Source: Mobula hypostoma (Eukaryota). From it: a DNA stretch of 64,000 bases. The translations under genes and the position numbers were made by a program. The stretch spans positions 16,678,001 to 16,742,000 of the forward strand of contig NC_086097.1 in assembly GCF_963921235.1 (NCBI RefSeq), written 5' to 3'. Below the pieces are notes generated by a model that had not been told where the DNA came from, searched no databases, and was given only the letters and a program-made list of their open reading frames with translations. Shown in pieces: positions 62,236-64,000 of the stretch (the stretch's first letter is position 1; each line of letters begins with the position of its first letter).

Positions 62236-64000
62236 CCTTGCCCCTTTTATTAATATAGTTATGCAATATTAAGTATTTGCCTAAATTCGATTTTGGGGCA
62301 GTTTACCTTCTTTTTTGTCGAGAGACCTTTTCCTTACGCCGCCATTCCCTTGATGACCCGGAAGTCCTCCCCATCTCCTGACTTTCAATAACCTTTTCGC
62401 AGAGTTGCTTGGAGTGTTTTTTTTTTGTCTTCATGGTATAATTTTTGCCAGGATACTGACGCATCAGCAGTTGGACCTTCCAGATACAGGTCTATTTTTA
62501 CTACACTTAGTTGAAACACCTTGACTGCACACAGGTCTTCAAAAACAGATCGCCATTAGCTGATTATGTGACTTCTAAAATCAGTTGGCTGCACCGGTGA
62601 TGATTTGGTGGATCATATTAAGTGGGGGGGGGGTGAATACTTAATGCAATCAATTATTTTGTGTTTTATATTTGTAATTAACCTATATCACTTTGTAGAG
62701 ATCTGTTTCCACTTTGACATGGGTCTTTTTCTGTTGATCAGTGTCAAAAAAGCCAAATTAAATCCACTGTAATTCAATGTTGTAAAGCAATAAAACAGGA
62801 AAACTTACAAGGAGGGGTGAATACTTTTTATAGGCACTATATGTATTACTGATTTAGTTTGAATGCAAGTTGCAATAAAGACAGCTGAATGATATTCAAA
62901 GTGATCTGTGATTCATGGTGAAGAGGAAAACTATTGACTGCAGGAAGGTATAGATTATTTTGATATGTAGATGTGTAAAATTGAACTCATAAAACTAATG
63001 AACACTAGCTCATTATTCCTTTAGCACTATTTATTGTAATTTATAGCAATTTATATCTTTGCACAGCCCTGCAGCAAAGCATGTAAATCAATTGTAATCT
63101 GATTTTAAGAAATAGGACATTAGGGGAGTGCAATTAGACAAGAAGTATACTATAAACGGAAGAACAGATCAAACTTATAATGTTTCTCTACTGTCTCTGT
63201 GGCAGGCCAGGTCACAAAGATCATTAAAAATAGGATATATTCCTTCATTGGAAAAGCTACAAGATATAAAAGCTGAGTGATTATGCAAAAACTGTGTGTA
63301 TTTTGGATTACAACGTAACAGGCAAAATGTGATTGCTAGTAAAAAGGTGCAGAGGAAATTTATGAGAATGTTACTAGGACTGGAAGTTTATAACATTGAG
63401 GGAAGACTGTATAACCTGCAATTGTTTACTTTGAACTGTATAACATTATGAAAGGTCTATATTAAGTAGGTAGGAAAGACCTAAATTGAAATGTATGAAA
63501 ATGAGGAGCAAATCTAAAAAGTTTAAAATTATGAAAGGCATAGATAAGGTGGATGTTAAGTCTTTTCCCATGAGTAGGGAGTCCAGTACTTGAGGAATAG
63601 GTTTATGACTCTTTTAAAGCTTACCCCAGTCTTGTATCAATCTCTTCAAGTGAGAAAAATCAGAAATATAGATACAAGTTGGCTTTGAGTAAGGCAACAT
63701 ACAGCATTTGGTTCAATATCTTCAGATTGAGGAGAGTAGACAGAGACAATCTACTTTTCATTGTTGAGAACCCCTATCTAAAGCATGTGGACATTGGTAG
63801 GAATTGGAGTCTGGGCTGGATCAATTATTTGTATTTTAACAAAAATTCACGGTGTGGGCTCAATGAAACACTCACTTGCATAATTAAATATGACTGTTTT
63901 GCAGATATAGAAGAATTGGAATGCTCCCTGCTTCTCAATCTCTCACTCTGTACCTCATGTTGCAAATACTCTCAACATTTAGGAATGGGGTTTGCAAGGC

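Larger units (their letters stand above)
56548..62370 (-). mobile_element. Near full-length L1-clade LINE (~5.8 kb)
   Basis: 5' end GGAGGACTTCCGG..AATGGCGGC, ORF1 + ORF2, AATAAA and A-tail at the 3' end; TSD CCATCTCCTGACTTT at 56533-56547 and 62371-62385. Confidence 0.96.
55383..62839 (-). mobile_element. Tc1-family IR/DR DNA transposon (decayed transposase), split by an L1 insertion
   Basis: ~215-bp terminal inverted repeats TAGTGCCTAT(C/A)AAAAGTATTCACCCC at 55383 and 62839, flanking TA dinucleotides, inner AAGTATWYACCC direct repeats; ORF 55780..56040 carries FQQDTDP..EWPSQSPDLNPIE. Confidence 0.93.

Noticed and set aside
1..64000. CRISPR arrays, prokaryotic operons or defence systems
   Set aside because: The sequence is spliced vertebrate DNA; recurring motifs are dispersed TE copies, not repeat-spacer arrays
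62842..64000. Next AREL1 coding exon (expected to begin LFYKNGQ-like)
   Set aside because: No matching translation found; the region looks like decayed CR1 and intron, so the exon is probably beyond the window

Overview
Eukaryotic, repeat-rich vertebrate genomic DNA. The repeat families present (CR1, Rex1/Babar, V-SINE/HE1-like, Penelope) suggest a cartilaginous fish, probably a ray; this is inference. The window holds the complete 8-exon FCF1 gene on the minus strand (PIN-domain 18S rRNA-processing nuclease, 198 aa, 25592->4117). It sits head-to-head across a compact CpG-rich promoter with the 5' part of AREL1 on the plus strand (HECT E3 ligase; recognisable coding exons at 52.6 and 54.4 kb). 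Three main observations. (1) A chain of phase-compatible exons in the AREL1 5' region (27460-27598, 45143-45303, 52308-52519, 52626-52681) spells a decayed ~190-codon N-terminal extension with hydrophobic and SAM-like motifs. The two middle exons are broken, while the first is still open and could encode a 55-aa uORF micro-membrane protein. (2) Several young Penelope-like insertions are built as inverted pairs with 14-15 bp TSDs and carry minimal type I hammerhead ribozyme motifs, four of them with an intact core. (3) A near-complete 5.8 kb L1 with a 15-bp TSD is nested inside an IR/DR Tc1 transposon. The rest is LINE, SINE and DNA-transposon debris. No CRISPR array, rRNA or bona fide tRNA gene was seen.
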